A DNA stretch of 55,827 bases from Patescibacteria group bacterium (GCA_027858435.1 JAQICS010000038.1:1-55827), one strand, 5' to 3'. Positions 32,751 through 42,807 are shown, counted from the stretch's first letter. The notes: generated by a model not told the origin, from the sequence alone. Program-made: numbers and translations.

Positions 32751-34022
32751 TTATAGTCCATCGTATTCACGCATTGTTAATTGTGATTCAACTTGTTTAA
32801 CAGTTTCAATAACAACTGAAACAACGATTAGAAGACCAGTACCACCAATTGCTAGAGATTGCATGCCAGTGAAGTATCTCATGATAAGGGGTAGGATAGC
32901 AATTAAACCTAGAAAAAGCGCACCAGTGAAAACAATTCTTGTACTAGTTTTTTGTAGATAATCACTAGTATGTTTTCCTGGTCTAATACCAGGGATAAAT
33001 CCACCTTGTTTTTGTAAATTTTCAGAAATCTTTTTAGGGTTAAAAACAACTTCAGTGTAGAAATAAGTGAAGGCAAATACTAATAAGAAGTATATAATAC
33101 CGTAGAATAATTGATTATTAAATAATTCAATTGTCTTTTGGGCAGCTGAAGCAATCCAAGCAGTTTCCGCGTTAATAAAGAATTGAGCAATCATAGTTGG
33201 AAATAGAACTACTGAAATTGCGAAGATGATCGGGATAACACCAGCCATATTAACTCTCATTGGTAAATGAGTATTTGTTCCACCCATAGCTCTTGAGCCT
33301 CGAAGTTGCCGTGCATACTGAATAGGTATATTTCTTTGACCTTCATTTATAATAACGACACCAACGATTGTGATAACAGCAATTACGATAAAGCCAACCA
33401 CAATTGGAAACTGACTAGGATCATAAGTAGCTATAAATTGCTTAATAGTAGATGGAAGTGAGGCAATAATACCAGCAAAGATTAGAAGTGAAATACCATT
33501 TCCAATTTTCTTCTCAGTGATAAGTTCACCAATCCACATTAGAAAGACTGAACCAGCAGTAATAATAGTTATCATAACAGCTAATTCAATAGCAGAAATA
33601 TTACCTAAAATAGCCGATGAGCTTTGTCTTAAAAGAGTAATCATACCATAAGATTGAAGAGCACCAAGTGGGATAGTTAAAAGTCTGGTCCAATTATTAA
33701 TCTTTTGTCTTCCCGCTTCATCTTTATTCATCTCTTCAACTTTTGGCACAACCATGCCCAGTAATTGGAAGATAATAGATGAAGTAATGTATGGAGCAAC
33801 ACCCATCATAACAATTGAGAAATTTTCCATTCCTCCACCGGAGAATAAGTTCATCATTCCTAGTATTTCATTACTGTTAAATAGGTTTTTTAGAGCAACT
33901 GTATCAACACCGGGAATTGGAACATGTGCAGCCAAACGAAAAATAACAAGCATTAATAGAACAAAAATAATATTGTTTCTAAGATCACGTGCTTTCCAAA
34001 TTTGGGAGATTTTATCAAACAT
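32751..34022 (-). CDS. secY: preprotein translocase subunit SecY
   Basis: 423 aa, 10 TM segments, conserved GGTSLLI-like GGTGLLIVV and NIPIQYA blocks; the last gene of the spc cluster. Confidence 0.95.
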   Translation of the reverse strand: MFDKISQIWKARDLRNNIIFVLLMLVIFRLAAHVPIPGVDTVALKNLFNSNEILGMMNLFSGGGMENFSIVMMGVAPYITSSIIFQLLGMVVPKVEEMNKDEAGRQKINNWTRLLTIPLGALQSYGMITLLRQSSSAILGNISAIELAVMITIITAGSVFLMWIGELITEKKIGNGISLLIFAGIIASLPSTIKQFIATYDPSQFPIVVGFIVIAVITIVGVVIINEGQRNIPIQYARQLRGSRAMGGTNTHLPMRVNMAGVIPIIFAISVVLFPTMIAQFFINAETAWIASAAQKTIELFNNQLFYGIIYFLLVFAFTYFYTEVVFNPKKISENLQKQGGFIPGIRPGKHTSDYLQKTSTRIVFTGALFLGLIAILPLIMRYFTGMQSLAIGGTGLLIVVSVVIETVKQVESQLTMREYDGL

Positions 34023-34042
34023 ATTTATGACTTTTAATAGTA

Positions 34043-34549
34043 TTATTTATCTTCCTTTTTTTCTTCTTTTTTCTTTGTTTTTTTTGTTTCTTTTGTTTCT
34101 TTTGTTTCTTTTGTTTCTTTTGTTTCTTCCTTTTTACCTCCAACTTGCTCAGATAATGAGGCACTCATTTTAACATTTTCAAAACTAACTTTTACACTAA
34201 GTTTTTCTTTACCTAGTATTTTAACTGGTTTTTTTGCAGTTGCAATTAAATCCTTTTCAGCTAGAGTTACCGGAGAAACTTTTTCACCGTCTTTAAAGTT
34301 TTTATTAATATCTTCTATACTAACAACTTGATTGTTTGCTTTAAGAGATTTAAAACCACGATGTTTTGGAGTTTGTAGTAATTGTTGTTTCATTCCTAGT
34401 CTTTTAAGGTTTGAAACACCAGAACGAGCATTTTGTCCTTTAATACCCCGAGTACTATAAGTACCGTGACCAGAAGCATTGCCGCGTCCAACTCTTTTGG
34501 AAGATTTAGTACTTCCTTTTCCTTTTTTTATAGAATTAAGTGATAGCAT
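34043..34549 (-). CDS. rplO: 50S ribosomal protein L15 with a KE-rich C-terminal tail
   Basis: KRVGRGNASGHGTYSTRGIKGQ motif. The tail is KKEETKETKETKETKETKKTKKKEEKKEDK. Confidence 0.92.
   Translation of the reverse strand: MLSLNSIKKGKGSTKSSKRVGRGNASGHGTYSTRGIKGQNARSGVSNLKRLGMKQQLLQTPKHRGFKSLKANNQVVSIEDINKNFKDGEKVSPVTLAEKDLIATAKKPVKILGKEKLSVKVSFENVKMSASLSEQVGGKKEETKETKETKETKETKKTKKKEEKKEDK
34086..34130. repeat. 9-bp tandem repeat (GTTTCTTTT x4 plus a degenerate copy) encoding KET repeats
   Basis: Read directly at the 3' end of rplO. Confidence 0.9.
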
Positions 34550-34575
34550 ATTTTTCTTTCTTTATTTAGCTTGCT

Positions 34576-35292
34576 TTATTTAGAAGATTTATTATCTTCT
34601 GTATTTTTAGACTTGTCCTGATTTTTATCTTTATCCTGACTTTTTACTTCATTTTTCTCCTCATTCTTTTTATTATCTTCCTTCTTTTCCTTTACATCAA
34701 CTTTCTTTAAATGATCTAGGGCATCAACTGCACAACGAGCGTTGTTTAATTTGTTGTTAGTTCCTAGTGTTTTAGTGGTAATATTTGGAATACCAGCTAA
34801 GTCCATGATAGTTCTAACTACGCCACCAGAAATAACACCTCTACCTTTAGATCCTGGTTTTAACATAATCTTGGCTGCTCCTAATTTGTGAGTGATAGCG
34901 TGAGGAATTGTTTCATTTACAAGTGGTACTTTAACAATTTCTTTCTTTGCTCTATTAACTGCTTTGTTAACAGCAATGGTAACATCAGATCCTTTTCCAA
35001 CACCAACACCAACTCCACCTTTTCTGTCACCGATACCAACAGTAGCTCTAAAGTTCATTCTTTTACCACCAGCCATCACACGAGTTACACGAGCAATATC
35101 TAAAATGCGTTGTTCAAACTCGTCTTTTTGTCTTTCTTTTCTAGCATTCTTTTTAAAACGACCTTTTTTAAAAGCTCCTTTTTCCTTTTTTTTGTCACCA
35201 TAAACACTAGCAGCCACTGCTTTTGCAGCATTACTGTCACTATTGTTTGGCTTGTTTGAACTTTCTGCTTTTGTTTTTTTATCTTCTGACAT
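34576..35292 (-). CDS. rpsE: 30S ribosomal protein S5 with N- and C-terminal extensions
   Basis: Core RVTRVMAGGKRMNFRATVGIGD..GGVGVGVGK; 238 aa versus about 166 typical. Confidence 0.92.
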   Translation of the reverse strand: MSEDKKTKAESSNKPNNSDSNAAKAVAASVYGDKKKEKGAFKKGRFKKNARKERQKDEFEQRILDIARVTRVMAGGKRMNFRATVGIGDRKGGVGVGVGKGSDVTIAVNKAVNRAKKEIVKVPLVNETIPHAITHKLGAAKIMLKPGSKGRGVISGGVVRTIMDLAGIPNITTKTLGTNNKLNNARCAVDALDHLKKVDVKEKKEDNKKNEEKNEVKSQDKDKNQDKSKNTEDNKSSK

Positions 35293-35324
35293 ATTCTTTA
35301 ATTAAAAATTATTTTACTTGGCTT

Positions 35325-35681
35325 TTAAAAATCTAGTCCACCTTCACGAGCTCCTTCAGCAACCGCTTTAACACGTCCGTGATAATTATATGAACCGCGA
35401 TCAAAGACAACTTTTGTAATATCTTTTTTCTTAGCTTTTTCAGCTAGCATTTTTCCCATTTCAAAAGAAACAGCTACTTTGCCAGACATATCGCCTTTAA
35501 TCTCTTTACTATCAGCGCTAACTAAAGTCTTACCACTTAAATCGTCAATTAATTGAACATACATTCCCTTATTTGAACGATAGACATTAAAACGTGGTTT
35601 TTCAGGTGTACCTGAAACTCTAGTTCTCACCTTATTATGTCGACGTTTATTTCTTTTTTGTTTTTCTTTATTTATATCCAT
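35325..35681 (-). CDS. rplR: 50S ribosomal protein L18
   Basis: RHNKVRTRVSGT...PRFNVYRSNKGMYVQLIDD...YHGRVKAVAEGAREGGL. Confidence 0.92.
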   Translation of the reverse strand: MDINKEKQKRNKRRHNKVRTRVSGTPEKPRFNVYRSNKGMYVQLIDDLSGKTLVSADSKEIKGDMSGKVAVSFEMGKMLAEKAKKKDITKVVFDRGSYNYHGRVKAVAEGAREGGLDF

Positions 35682-35712
35682 ATTATTTAAAATTTAGTTT
35701 AAGCAACTAAGA

Positions 35713-36252
35713 TTATTTAGCTGCTGACTTACCAGATTTTCTCATGATAATCTCATCAGTATATTTAATACCTTTTCCTTTGTATGGTTCAGGTTTTCTT
35801 AGTTTTCTAATTCTAGCTGATGTTTCTCCAACCATTGCCTTATCCGCTCCTTCAATTGCAATAATATTTCCTTCAACACTAGCTTTAATTCCTTCTGGCA
35901 GTTCAAAAATAACTGGATTAGAATATCCTAGATTTAAAGTTAACTTAGATCCAGAAAGTGCTGCTCTATATCCAACTCCATTTACTTCTAATTTTTTAAC
36001 AAAACCTTCACCGACACCGATAACACAGTTTCTAATCAAACTCCACATTAAACCCCACATAGCAGACGCATTTTTAGCATCCATATCATATGGTTTAACG
36101 ATAACTTGATCATCTTCAACTTTAACCCCAATAATTTTATTATGAGGTAGTTTTAGTTCTCCCTTTGGCCCTTTAAAGCTCATTTCTTTATCAGAAATTG
36201 AAACAGTAACGCCGGGTAGAATTTTAATTGGTAATTTTCCTAAACGAGACAT
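35713..36252 (-). CDS. rplF: 50S ribosomal protein L6
   Basis: MSRLGKLPIKILPGV...GPKGEL...KLEVNGVGYRA...PEPYKGKGIKY. Confidence 0.92.
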   Translation of the reverse strand: MSRLGKLPIKILPGVTVSISDKEMSFKGPKGELKLPHNKIIGVKVEDDQVIVKPYDMDAKNASAMWGLMWSLIRNCVIGVGEGFVKKLEVNGVGYRAALSGSKLTLNLGYSNPVIFELPEGIKASVEGNIIAIEGADKAMVGETSARIRKLRKPEPYKGKGIKYTDEIIMRKSGKSAAK

Positions 36253-36276
36253 AAATTATAGTACTTAAATTCTTTA

Positions 36277-36687
36277 TTAATATATTTCACCCAGCACTTC
36301 TCCGCCAACTTTATTCTGTCGTGCTTCTTTGTCAGTCATTAAGCCAGAAGAAGTGGAAATAATTGCCATACCGTATCTATTTAACACAGTTGGGATTTCT
36401 TCTTTTGAAACATAGATCTTTAAACCAGGTTTTGAAACTCTTTTAATAGCAGTAATCTGAGACTTACCATTTTTTTTGTATTTCAAAGACAGTTCTAGTT
36501 CGTCAAAACGATTACTAGCACCTTCAAGTCCACCTGGGATTAGCTTAACATCCTTAATCCAACCTTCTTTAGCTAAAATCTCAGCGATTCTATGTTTAAG
36601 TTTGCTTGTAGGCAAAACGACCTTACTTTTTTTTACCATTGAAGCATTCCTAATTCTTGTAAACATGTCTGCGATGGGATCCATCAT
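36277..36687 (-). CDS. rpsH: 30S ribosomal protein S8
   Basis: DPIADMFTRIRNA N-terminus and GGEVLGEIY C-terminus. Confidence 0.92.
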   Translation of the reverse strand: MMDPIADMFTRIRNASMVKKSKVVLPTSKLKHRIAEILAKEGWIKDVKLIPGGLEGASNRFDELELSLKYKKNGKSQITAIKRVSKPGLKIYVSKEEIPTVLNRYGMAIISTSSGLMTDKEARQNKVGGEVLGEIY

Positions 36688-36733
36688 ATTTTTATTTAAT
36701 CTTAATATTTTTTACTATTTCTATATTTTAGGC

Positions 36734-36919
36734 TTACCAACTAGATTTGGTAATACCTGGTAAATCACCGTTATCAGCCAGTTCGCGAAAACAAACTCGG
36801 CATAATTTAAAGTCATTCATGTAACCGTGATTACGGCCACAACGCCAACAACGATTTATTTTTCTTGTTGAAAATTTTGGTTTTTTCTTCGCTTTGACTA
36901 TTAATGCAGTTCTTGCCAT
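36734..36919 (-). CDS. rpsZ: 30S ribosomal protein S14, zinc-binding type Z (61 aa)
   Basis: CWRCGR...CRVCFRE C4 motif and a PGITKSSW end. Confidence 0.9.
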   Translation of the reverse strand: MARTALIVKAKKKPKFSTRKINRCWRCGRNHGYMNDFKLCRVCFRELADNGDLPGITKSSW

Positions 36920-36936
36920 ATTAATATATTATTACT

Positions 36937-37482
36937 TTATTTATCTTCTTTCTTAAATGGAAAGCCTAACTTTTGAAACAACATTAATCCAGACTCTCTG
37001 TTTTTTGTATTAGTAGTTAAACTAACCTCTAATCCAAAAATATTATTAATCTCTTCAACCTTTATCTCAGGGAAACTAACGTGTTCTTTAAAACCAACTG
37101 TCATATTTCCGTTTTCATCAATACCAGTTGTAGTAATTCCTCTAAAGTCTCTTACACGAGGGAAAGTAATGTTAACTAATTTTTCAATAAAGTCATACAT
37201 TCTATTACCTCTTAAAGTAACTTTAGCACCAATAACTTGTCCTTCTCTGATTTTAAATGCTGAAATTGACTTTTTTGCTTTATTCATTACCGGTTTTTGA
37301 CCAGTCATTTCATGTAGTCCTTTTTCTACGTCAGCAATATAGTCTTTTTCTTTATAGTGTCTACCAAATCCTACATTTAGAGTAACTTTGGTAACACGAG
37401 GAACAAGCATGCTATTTTTAACACTTAGTTCTTTTTTTAAAGCTGGCACTATTTCTTTTTGATATTTTTCTTTTAATCTCAT
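36937..37482 (-). CDS. rplE: 50S ribosomal protein L5
   Basis: MRLKEKY...PRVTKVTLNVG...FPRVRDFRG. Confidence 0.92.
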   Translation of the reverse strand: MRLKEKYQKEIVPALKKELSVKNSMLVPRVTKVTLNVGFGRHYKEKDYIADVEKGLHEMTGQKPVMNKAKKSISAFKIREGQVIGAKVTLRGNRMYDFIEKLVNITFPRVRDFRGITTTGIDENGNMTVGFKEHVSFPEIKVEEINNIFGLEVSLTTNTKNRESGLMLFQKLGFPFKKEDK

Positions 37483-37497
37483 ATTGATTCAATTATA

Positions 37498-37824
37498 CTA
37501 TTCGATTATTTCGCTGCATTTTTTACATGCTCTAAATTTTTTATCCTTCTTCCCTTCTTTTCCTTTAACTATTTTATAAGCAACTTTAGTTTCTTTACCA
37601 CATTTTGGACAAACAAGCATAACATTAGAAGCATTGATAAAAGAGGGAAATTCAATTCTCTGTCCTTTTTCTCCGTCACGGTTGGGACGCATGTGTTTTA
37701 TTAAAAGATTTAAACCTTCAATACTAACTTTTTGATCTTTAGGGGAAACTTGTAATACTTTACCAGTTTTTCCACTGTCTTTTCCGGTTAAAATCTTTAC
37801 TTTGTCGTTCTTTTTTATATTCAT
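37498..37824 (-). CDS. rplX: 50S ribosomal protein L24 with a C-terminal CxxC...CxxC ribbon
   Basis: MNIKKNDKVKILTGKDSGKTGKV KOW motif. CPKCG...CKKC at the C-terminus. The start is trimmed from the GTG at 37842 to the ATG at 37822-37824. Confidence 0.88.
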   Translation of the reverse strand: MNIKKNDKVKILTGKDSGKTGKVLQVSPKDQKVSIEGLNLLIKHMRPNRDGEKGQRIEFPSFINASNVMLVCPKCGKETKVAYKIVKGKEGKKDKKFRACKKCSEIIE

Positions 37825-37848
37825 ATTATTTACAAATATCACTATTAT

Positions 37849-38217
37849 TTATAATACTTCTGGAGCCAGTGAACCAATTTTTACATAACCAGCTCTTCTA
37901 ACTTCTCTTGCTACTGGACCAAAGATACGTGTACCTCTTGGTTCCTTATTATCGTTGATAATAACGCAAGCATTATCATCAAAACGAAGATATGTACCAT
38001 CATCTCTTCTAATTTCTTTTTTTGTTCTAACTATAACCGCTCTTACAACATCACCTTTTTTAATGGCTGCGTGAGGAGATGCAGATTTTACTGTAACTAC
38101 AATAATATCCCCAATGCTTCCATAACGACGTTGGTATCCTCCTAGAACTCTAATGCATTGCACTTCTTTTGCTCCTGAGTTGTCAGCTGATTTTAGTCTT
38201 GTTTGTACTTGAACCAT
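37849..38217 (-). CDS. rplN: 50S ribosomal protein L14
   Basis: [27 protein letters not shown]. 122 aa after trimming the TTG-extended start (38226) to the ATG at 38215-38217. Confidence 0.92.
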   Translation of the reverse strand: MVQVQTRLKSADNSGAKEVQCIRVLGGYQRRYGSIGDIIVVTVKSASPHAAIKKGDVVRAVIVRTKKEIRRDDGTYLRFDDNACVIINDNKEPRGTRIFGPVAREVRRAGYVKIGSLAPEVL

Positions 38218-38256
38218 ATTTGCCAAATTTAATAATTTTTTAAATCACCTAGTTAT

Positions 38257-38556
38257 CTAGGCTTTAATAGCGCGCCAGCGCTTTTCTTTACTTAAAGGAC
38301 GACATTCTACAAAGATAATTTCATCATCAATTCTATATTCATTCTTCTCATCGTGTACTTTATAATGTTTTGTAGTTGCGTATCTTTTTTTGTATAAAGG
38401 GTGAATTTGAACATTCTTAACCGCTACCACTACTGTTTTATCACTCTTATCACTTACAACAACACCAGTAAATTTTCTGTTATTTTTACTCTCTTTAATT
38501 TCAGAAACAGAAGTGTCTTCCTTTTTTATTTTATTGTTAACTTTTGTCGCTGTCAT
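38257..38556 (-). CDS. rpsQ: 30S ribosomal protein S17 with a ~25-aa N-terminal extension
   Basis: FTGVVVSDKSDKTVVVAV......HPLYKKRY....KY.VHDE. Confidence 0.9.
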   Translation of the reverse strand: MTATKVNNKIKKEDTSVSEIKESKNNRKFTGVVVSDKSDKTVVVAVKNVQIHPLYKKRYATTKHYKVHDEKNEYRIDDEIIFVECRPLSKEKRWRAIKA

Positions 38557-38558
38557 AT

Positions 38559-38747
38559 TTATTTCTTTTTATTATTTAACACAGTTTGAATGCGAGCAAT
38601 ATCTTTTTTTGTATTTCTAATATCTCTTACATTCTTTAACTGTTTATTTGAATCTTTGAAACGTAATTCACGAACTTTCTCCCTATTTTCTTGCAATAGT
38701 TTTTGTAAATCACTTTCCTTTTTTTCATTTAATTCTTTAAATTCCAT
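38559..38747 (-). CDS. rpmC: 50S ribosomal protein L29
   Basis: 62-aa helical protein between rplP and rpsQ; ELRFK...QL.N...IR..KKDIARI. Confidence 0.88.
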   Translation of the reverse strand: MEFKELNEKKESDLQKLLQENREKVRELRFKDSNKQLKNVRDIRNTKKDIARIQTVLNNKKK

Positions 38748-38761
38748 ATGTTTTTACTATT

Positions 38762-39169
38762 TTATTCTTTTGAAATAAACTGACATTTAACAGGTAACTT
38801 GTACGCTGCCAGTTCCATTGCTTTTTTAGCTGTTTCCTTATCTACCCCTCCCATTTCAAACATTACCATTCCTGGTTTAACGATTGCTACGTAGTGATCA
38901 ACAGCACCTTTACCTTTACCCATCGGTAGTTCTCCACCGTGATTTGTAACTGGCTTGTCAGGAAAAATTCTAATCCAAATTTGACCACCTTTCTTAACAT
39001 ATTTTGTCATAACACGACGAGCAGATTCAATCTGACGGGAAGTAACCCAACAAGGTGTCAAAGCTTTAAGTCCGTAACTTCCGAAACTTATATCTAGATA
39101 ACGAGTAGCTTTTCCGCCTCTTCGTCTTTTATGATCTTTCCTCCATTTAGTTTTTTTTGGCATTAACAT
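38762..39169 (-). CDS. rplP: 50S ribosomal protein L16
   Basis: MLMPKKTKWRK...RIFPDKPVT......MGKGKG. Confidence 0.92.
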   Translation of the reverse strand: MLMPKKTKWRKDHKRRRGGKATRYLDISFGSYGLKALTPCWVTSRQIESARRVMTKYVKKGGQIWIRIFPDKPVTNHGGELPMGKGKGAVDHYVAIVKPGMVMFEMGGVDKETAKKAMELAAYKLPVKCQFISKE

Positions 39170-39198
39170 ATGAAAAAACTTTTAATACTTTTTAATAA

Positions 39199-39879
39199 TT
39201 ACTGAGTAACAACTTCACCTTTCTCGGTGTTATCTTTCTCAAAAACCTCACCTTTATAAACCCAAACCTTGATTCCAATCGCACCATAAGTAGTACGAGC
39301 GGCTCCACGAGCATAATCAATGTCTGCTCTTAAAGTTTGTAATGGGACTTTACCCCATACTAATTTCTCACTTCTAGCAATTTCAGCTCCATTTAATCTT
39401 CCGGCAACTACAATCTTTGCACCAAGTGCTCCACCTCTTTCAATTCTTCCTAAATTTTGCTTCATTACTTTCCTAAAAGGAACTCTTTTCTCTAAATCAA
39501 GTATCATACCTTGAACTACGATTTGAGCACTTAAATTAGGACGAGCAACTTCTTTAATATTTAAACTAATTTCACTCATTCTAAAATTCTTTAGAAACTT
39601 GACGTGAAGCTTATTCTTTAGCTCTTCGACTCCGTTTCCACCGCGTCCGATAATTAAACCTGGTTTAGCAGTATAAATATTGATGTCTACTTTATTTAGA
39701 CCTCTTTCAATCTCAACTTTATCAATACCAGCTTCCTTAAACTCCTTTAACATGTATCTTCTGATACCAAGGTCTTGTTGTAGATTTTTTACATATTTAT
39801 CTCCTCTTTCAAACCAGACTGATGGCCAGGTTCTTATTATGCCCATGCGGAGAATTTTTGGATTAACTTTTTTACCCAT
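39199..39879 (-). CDS. rpsC: 30S ribosomal protein S3
   Basis: MGKKVNPKILRMGI...GLIIGRGG (KH)...GRLNGAEIAR. Confidence 0.92.
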   Translation of the reverse strand: MGKKVNPKILRMGIIRTWPSVWFERGDKYVKNLQQDLGIRRYMLKEFKEAGIDKVEIERGLNKVDINIYTAKPGLIIGRGGNGVEELKNKLHVKFLKNFRMSEISLNIKEVARPNLSAQIVVQGMILDLEKRVPFRKVMKQNLGRIERGGALGAKIVVAGRLNGAEIARSEKLVWGKVPLQTLRADIDYARGAARTTYGAIGIKVWVYKGEVFEKDNTEKGEVVTQ

Positions 39880-39922
39880 ATTATTATTTTTCGATTCTTA
39901 ATTGAAATTTATTATCAAGCTT

Positions 39923-40447
39923 CTATCCAGCTTTTCTTTGAAACATTGTCGCTTTTTTAGCGGTTGTTGACTTAGCTTTTTTATCAGCTTTAGCATCAGG
40001 TGTTTTGCTCTTATCATTTCCTTTCTTAATCTCTTTTTCACCTTCTTTAGCTAATTGTTCTAGTTTAACTGGTTCTTCAGTTTTCACTTCTTTCTTCTTA
40101 GCCTTTCCACTTTCTTTAATTTCAGCTAATACTAAATTAATGTGGCATCCACGCTTTCTAATCGTAGTAGCTCTTCCGTGAGCTCTTGGCATCCAACGTT
40201 TTAGAGTTAAACCTTCATCAACCTTAATTTCTTTAATATATAAATTATTTCTCTCTAAACTATAGGTATTTTCAGCGTTAGCTACAGCAGAATTAATAAG
40301 GGTAGCTATTGGTTTAGCCACTAATTTATTAATAAACTTTAGCTGATCAAGGGCTTTTTCTACCGGCATTTTACGAACAACATCGGCAACCAACCTTGTC
40401 TTTTGCGCTGACATCCTTAAATGTTTTAAATTTGCTTTTATTTCCAT
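39923..40447 (-). CDS. rplV: 50S ribosomal protein L22 with a ~55-aa Lys-rich C-terminal tail
   Basis: LRMSAQKTRLVADVVR...PRAHGRATTIRKRGCHI core; 174 aa. Confidence 0.9.
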   Translation of the reverse strand: MEIKANLKHLRMSAQKTRLVADVVRKMPVEKALDQLKFINKLVAKPIATLINSAVANAENTYSLERNNLYIKEIKVDEGLTLKRWMPRAHGRATTIRKRGCHINLVLAEIKESGKAKKKEVKTEEPVKLEQLAKEGEKEIKKGNDKSKTPDAKADKKAKSTTAKKATMFQRKAG

Positions 40448-40469
40448 ATTATTGGCGTTTCATTAAATA

Positions 40470-40748
40470 TTATTTACCTTGAGTTTTAGCCATCTTACCT
40501 CCATGACTAACAAATTTCTTAGTTGGAGCAAATTCACCTAAACGATGTCCAACCATATTTTCAACAATATATACAGGAAGATGAGTTTTTCCGTTATGAA
40601 CTCCAATAGTCTTACCTACCATCTCCGGTGTAATTGTACAAGCTCTATCCCAAACTTTAATAACAGTTTTGTCATTTGGTCCTAGATTCTTGATTTTGTT
40701 TAACAGGCGTAAATTTACGTATGGCCCTTTCTTTAAACTTCTTGACAT
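40470..40748 (-). CDS. rpsS: 30S ribosomal protein S19
   Basis: [11 protein letters not shown]...[10 protein letters not shown]...[10 protein letters not shown]. Confidence 0.92.
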   Translation of the reverse strand: MSRSLKKGPYVNLRLLNKIKNLGPNDKTVIKVWDRACTITPEMVGKTIGVHNGKTHLPVYIVENMVGHRLGEFAPTKKFVSHGGKMAKTQGK

Positions 40749-40760
40749 AATATTGCTTAA

Positions 40761-41600
40761 TTATTTTCTCTTCTTACTTCTTCTTTTAATTATTAAACGA
40801 TCACTAGAATTCTTTCGACGTGTCTTAACACCAAGTGCTGGTTTACCCCATTTAGTTTTAGGGTGTTTCATACCAATTGGTTGTTTTCCTTCACCACCAC
40901 CATGAGGATGATCAACTGGGTTCATAGCTGTACCTCTAACTGTTGGTCTAAATCCTAATCTTCTTTTTCTACCAGCGCTACCTAAACTAATGTGTCTTTT
41001 ATCAGGATTACTAACTTTTCCAACCGTACACATACATTCCTTATCAATTAATCTAATTTCACCAGATGGCATCTTAACTTGAGCATATTTTCCTTCAATA
41101 CCCATCACATACACTAAGTTACCTGCACCTCTAGCAATTTTAGCTCCTTGTTCTTTTTGCATCTCTACGCAACTAACAGCAACTCCAGCTGGAATATGTT
41201 TAAGTGGCATTGCATTTCCATTCTTAAGTTCAATTGCTTCTTTAGAGCTTAACACAGTATTGCCAACTTTTATATCAACTGGGCAAACTATATATCTTTT
41301 CTCACCATCAGCATATTTAACTAAGGCTAATCTTGCTCCTCTGTTTGGATCATATTCAATAGAAGAAACTGTAGCTGGTATATCAAATTTATCACGTTTA
41401 TTATCAACAATTCTAACTTGTCTTTTAGCGCCTCCACCACGGTGTCTGATAGTTATTTGACCACTAGCATTTCTACCACCTCTTTTCTTTTTTGTAATTA
41501 GCAATCTTTTTTCAGGCTCAACTCTACTTAAATCCTTAAAATCATCAAATGTAGCTGCTCTTCTGCCTGGTGTATTTGCTTTAACTTTTTTAATTCCCAT
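40761..41600 (-). CDS. rplB: 50S ribosomal protein L2
   Basis: RHRGGGAKR...VRGTAMNPVDHPHGGGEGK. Confidence 0.95.
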   Translation of the reverse strand: MGIKKVKANTPGRRAATFDDFKDLSRVEPEKRLLITKKKRGGRNASGQITIRHRGGGAKRQVRIVDNKRDKFDIPATVSSIEYDPNRGARLALVKYADGEKRYIVCPVDIKVGNTVLSSKEAIELKNGNAMPLKHIPAGVAVSCVEMQKEQGAKIARGAGNLVYVMGIEGKYAQVKMPSGEIRLIDKECMCTVGKVSNPDKRHISLGSAGRKRRLGFRPTVRGTAMNPVDHPHGGGEGKQPIGMKHPKTKWGKPALGVKTRRKNSSDRLIIKRRSKKRK

Positions 41601-41631
41601 ATGTATATCAAAAAATTTTTATATATATTTT

Positions 41632-42123
41632 CTAGACTCCTTCATAGAGACTAATACTTTGACCTTTTTTTATAGTAACAATCGCTTTCTTATAGTCATT
41701 TCTCTTACCTCTAATTCTACCACGTGTTACTTTTTTTCCATTAACTCTAATTATATTAACATCAAGTACATCAACACCGTAAATAGCTTTTACTGATTTA
41801 GCAATTTCAATCTTATTTGCTCTATTTCCTACTACAAATGCATATTTATTATCAGTTACTAAATTTGTTGCCTTTTCAGTAACAACTGGTTTAACAAGAA
41901 CCTTATAGGCATTACCAGTACTTTTCTTACTTGTCTTACTCTTAGTATTTTTTGTATCTGTAGTACTTGTTGTTTTCTTTGTTTCTTTTTCCGCGTAAAG
42001 ATCTTGCATTGATGGAGCTGATTTTTCAGTAGTTTTTTTACTTACTTTTTTCACATCCTTCTTCTCTTCCTTATTGCTATCTTTTTCTTCGCCTGTCTTT
42101 TTTTTATTTCCAAATAAAGCCAT
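41632..42123 (-). CDS. rplW: 50S ribosomal protein L23 with a ~70-aa K/T/S-rich N-terminal extension
   Basis: C-terminal core LVKPVVTEKAT......YAFVV...NK.EIAKSVKAIYGV.V..VN. The ATG at 42121-42123 is preferred over the TTG at 42132. Confidence 0.85.
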   Translation of the reverse strand: MALFGNKKKTGEEKDSNKEEKKDVKKVSKKTTEKSAPSMQDLYAEKETKKTTSTTDTKNTKSKTSKKSTGNAYKVLVKPVVTEKATNLVTDNKYAFVVGNRANKIEIAKSVKAIYGVDVLDVNIIRVNGKKVTRGRIRGKRNDYKKAIVTIKKGQSISLYEGV

Positions 42124-42134
42124 ATATTTCAATA

Positions 42135-42785
42135 TTATTTCTTATATTTCTCGCTTAGAGAAGTGATAAGAGCTTCGTCTACGATTAAATTTTTATGATT
42201 TAAAATATCTAAAATATTGATATTTTCTGCATTAATAATTTTTATACCAGTTAAATTTCTTCCAGAAAAATATGTTTTCTTATCTTTTTCTGAATTAATT
42301 ATTAATGTATTTCTTCTATCATTTTTTAAAACATTCTTTTCAATGCTTTCTAGCATTCCGACAAAATCTTTAGTTTTAAATTCATCAAACTTTAGATTTT
42401 CTAAAACTACCATTTTTTCTCCTGCTAACTTATCTGATAATACCATTGAAATAGCTTTTCTTTTCATTTTGGTATTAATTTTCTTTTTAAAATTTCTATC
42501 ATTTGATGGACCAAAAGTAACACCACCACCTCTCCAAATTGGAGATCTACTTGAACCAGCTCTAGCTCTACCAGTTCCCTTTTGTTGCCACGGTTTTTTA
42601 CCACCACCAGCTACATCAGCTCTACCTTTAGAATGAGCAATAACTTGTCTTGAGTTTGCAGATTGAGCTACTACTACTTGATGAAGAAGTTCTTCATTTA
42701 CTTCTTGAGAAAAAATATCAGAATCAAGCTCCATTTCTTTAACTTCTTCGGCTTTTTTATTGTATATTTTTATTTTTAACGACAT
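42135..42785 (-). CDS. rplD: 50S ribosomal protein L4
   Basis: HSKGRADVAGGGKKPWQQKGTGRARAGSSRSPIWRGGGVTFGP. Confidence 0.92.
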   Translation of the reverse strand: MSLKIKIYNKKAEEVKEMELDSDIFSQEVNEELLHQVVVAQSANSRQVIAHSKGRADVAGGGKKPWQQKGTGRARAGSSRSPIWRGGGVTFGPSNDRNFKKKINTKMKRKAISMVLSDKLAGEKMVVLENLKFDEFKTKDFVGMLESIEKNVLKNDRRNTLIINSEKDKKTYFSGRNLTGIKIINAENINILDILNHKNLIVDEALITSLSEKYKK

Positions 42786-42807
42786 ACTTGTAATTATTTA
42801 AAGCTTT

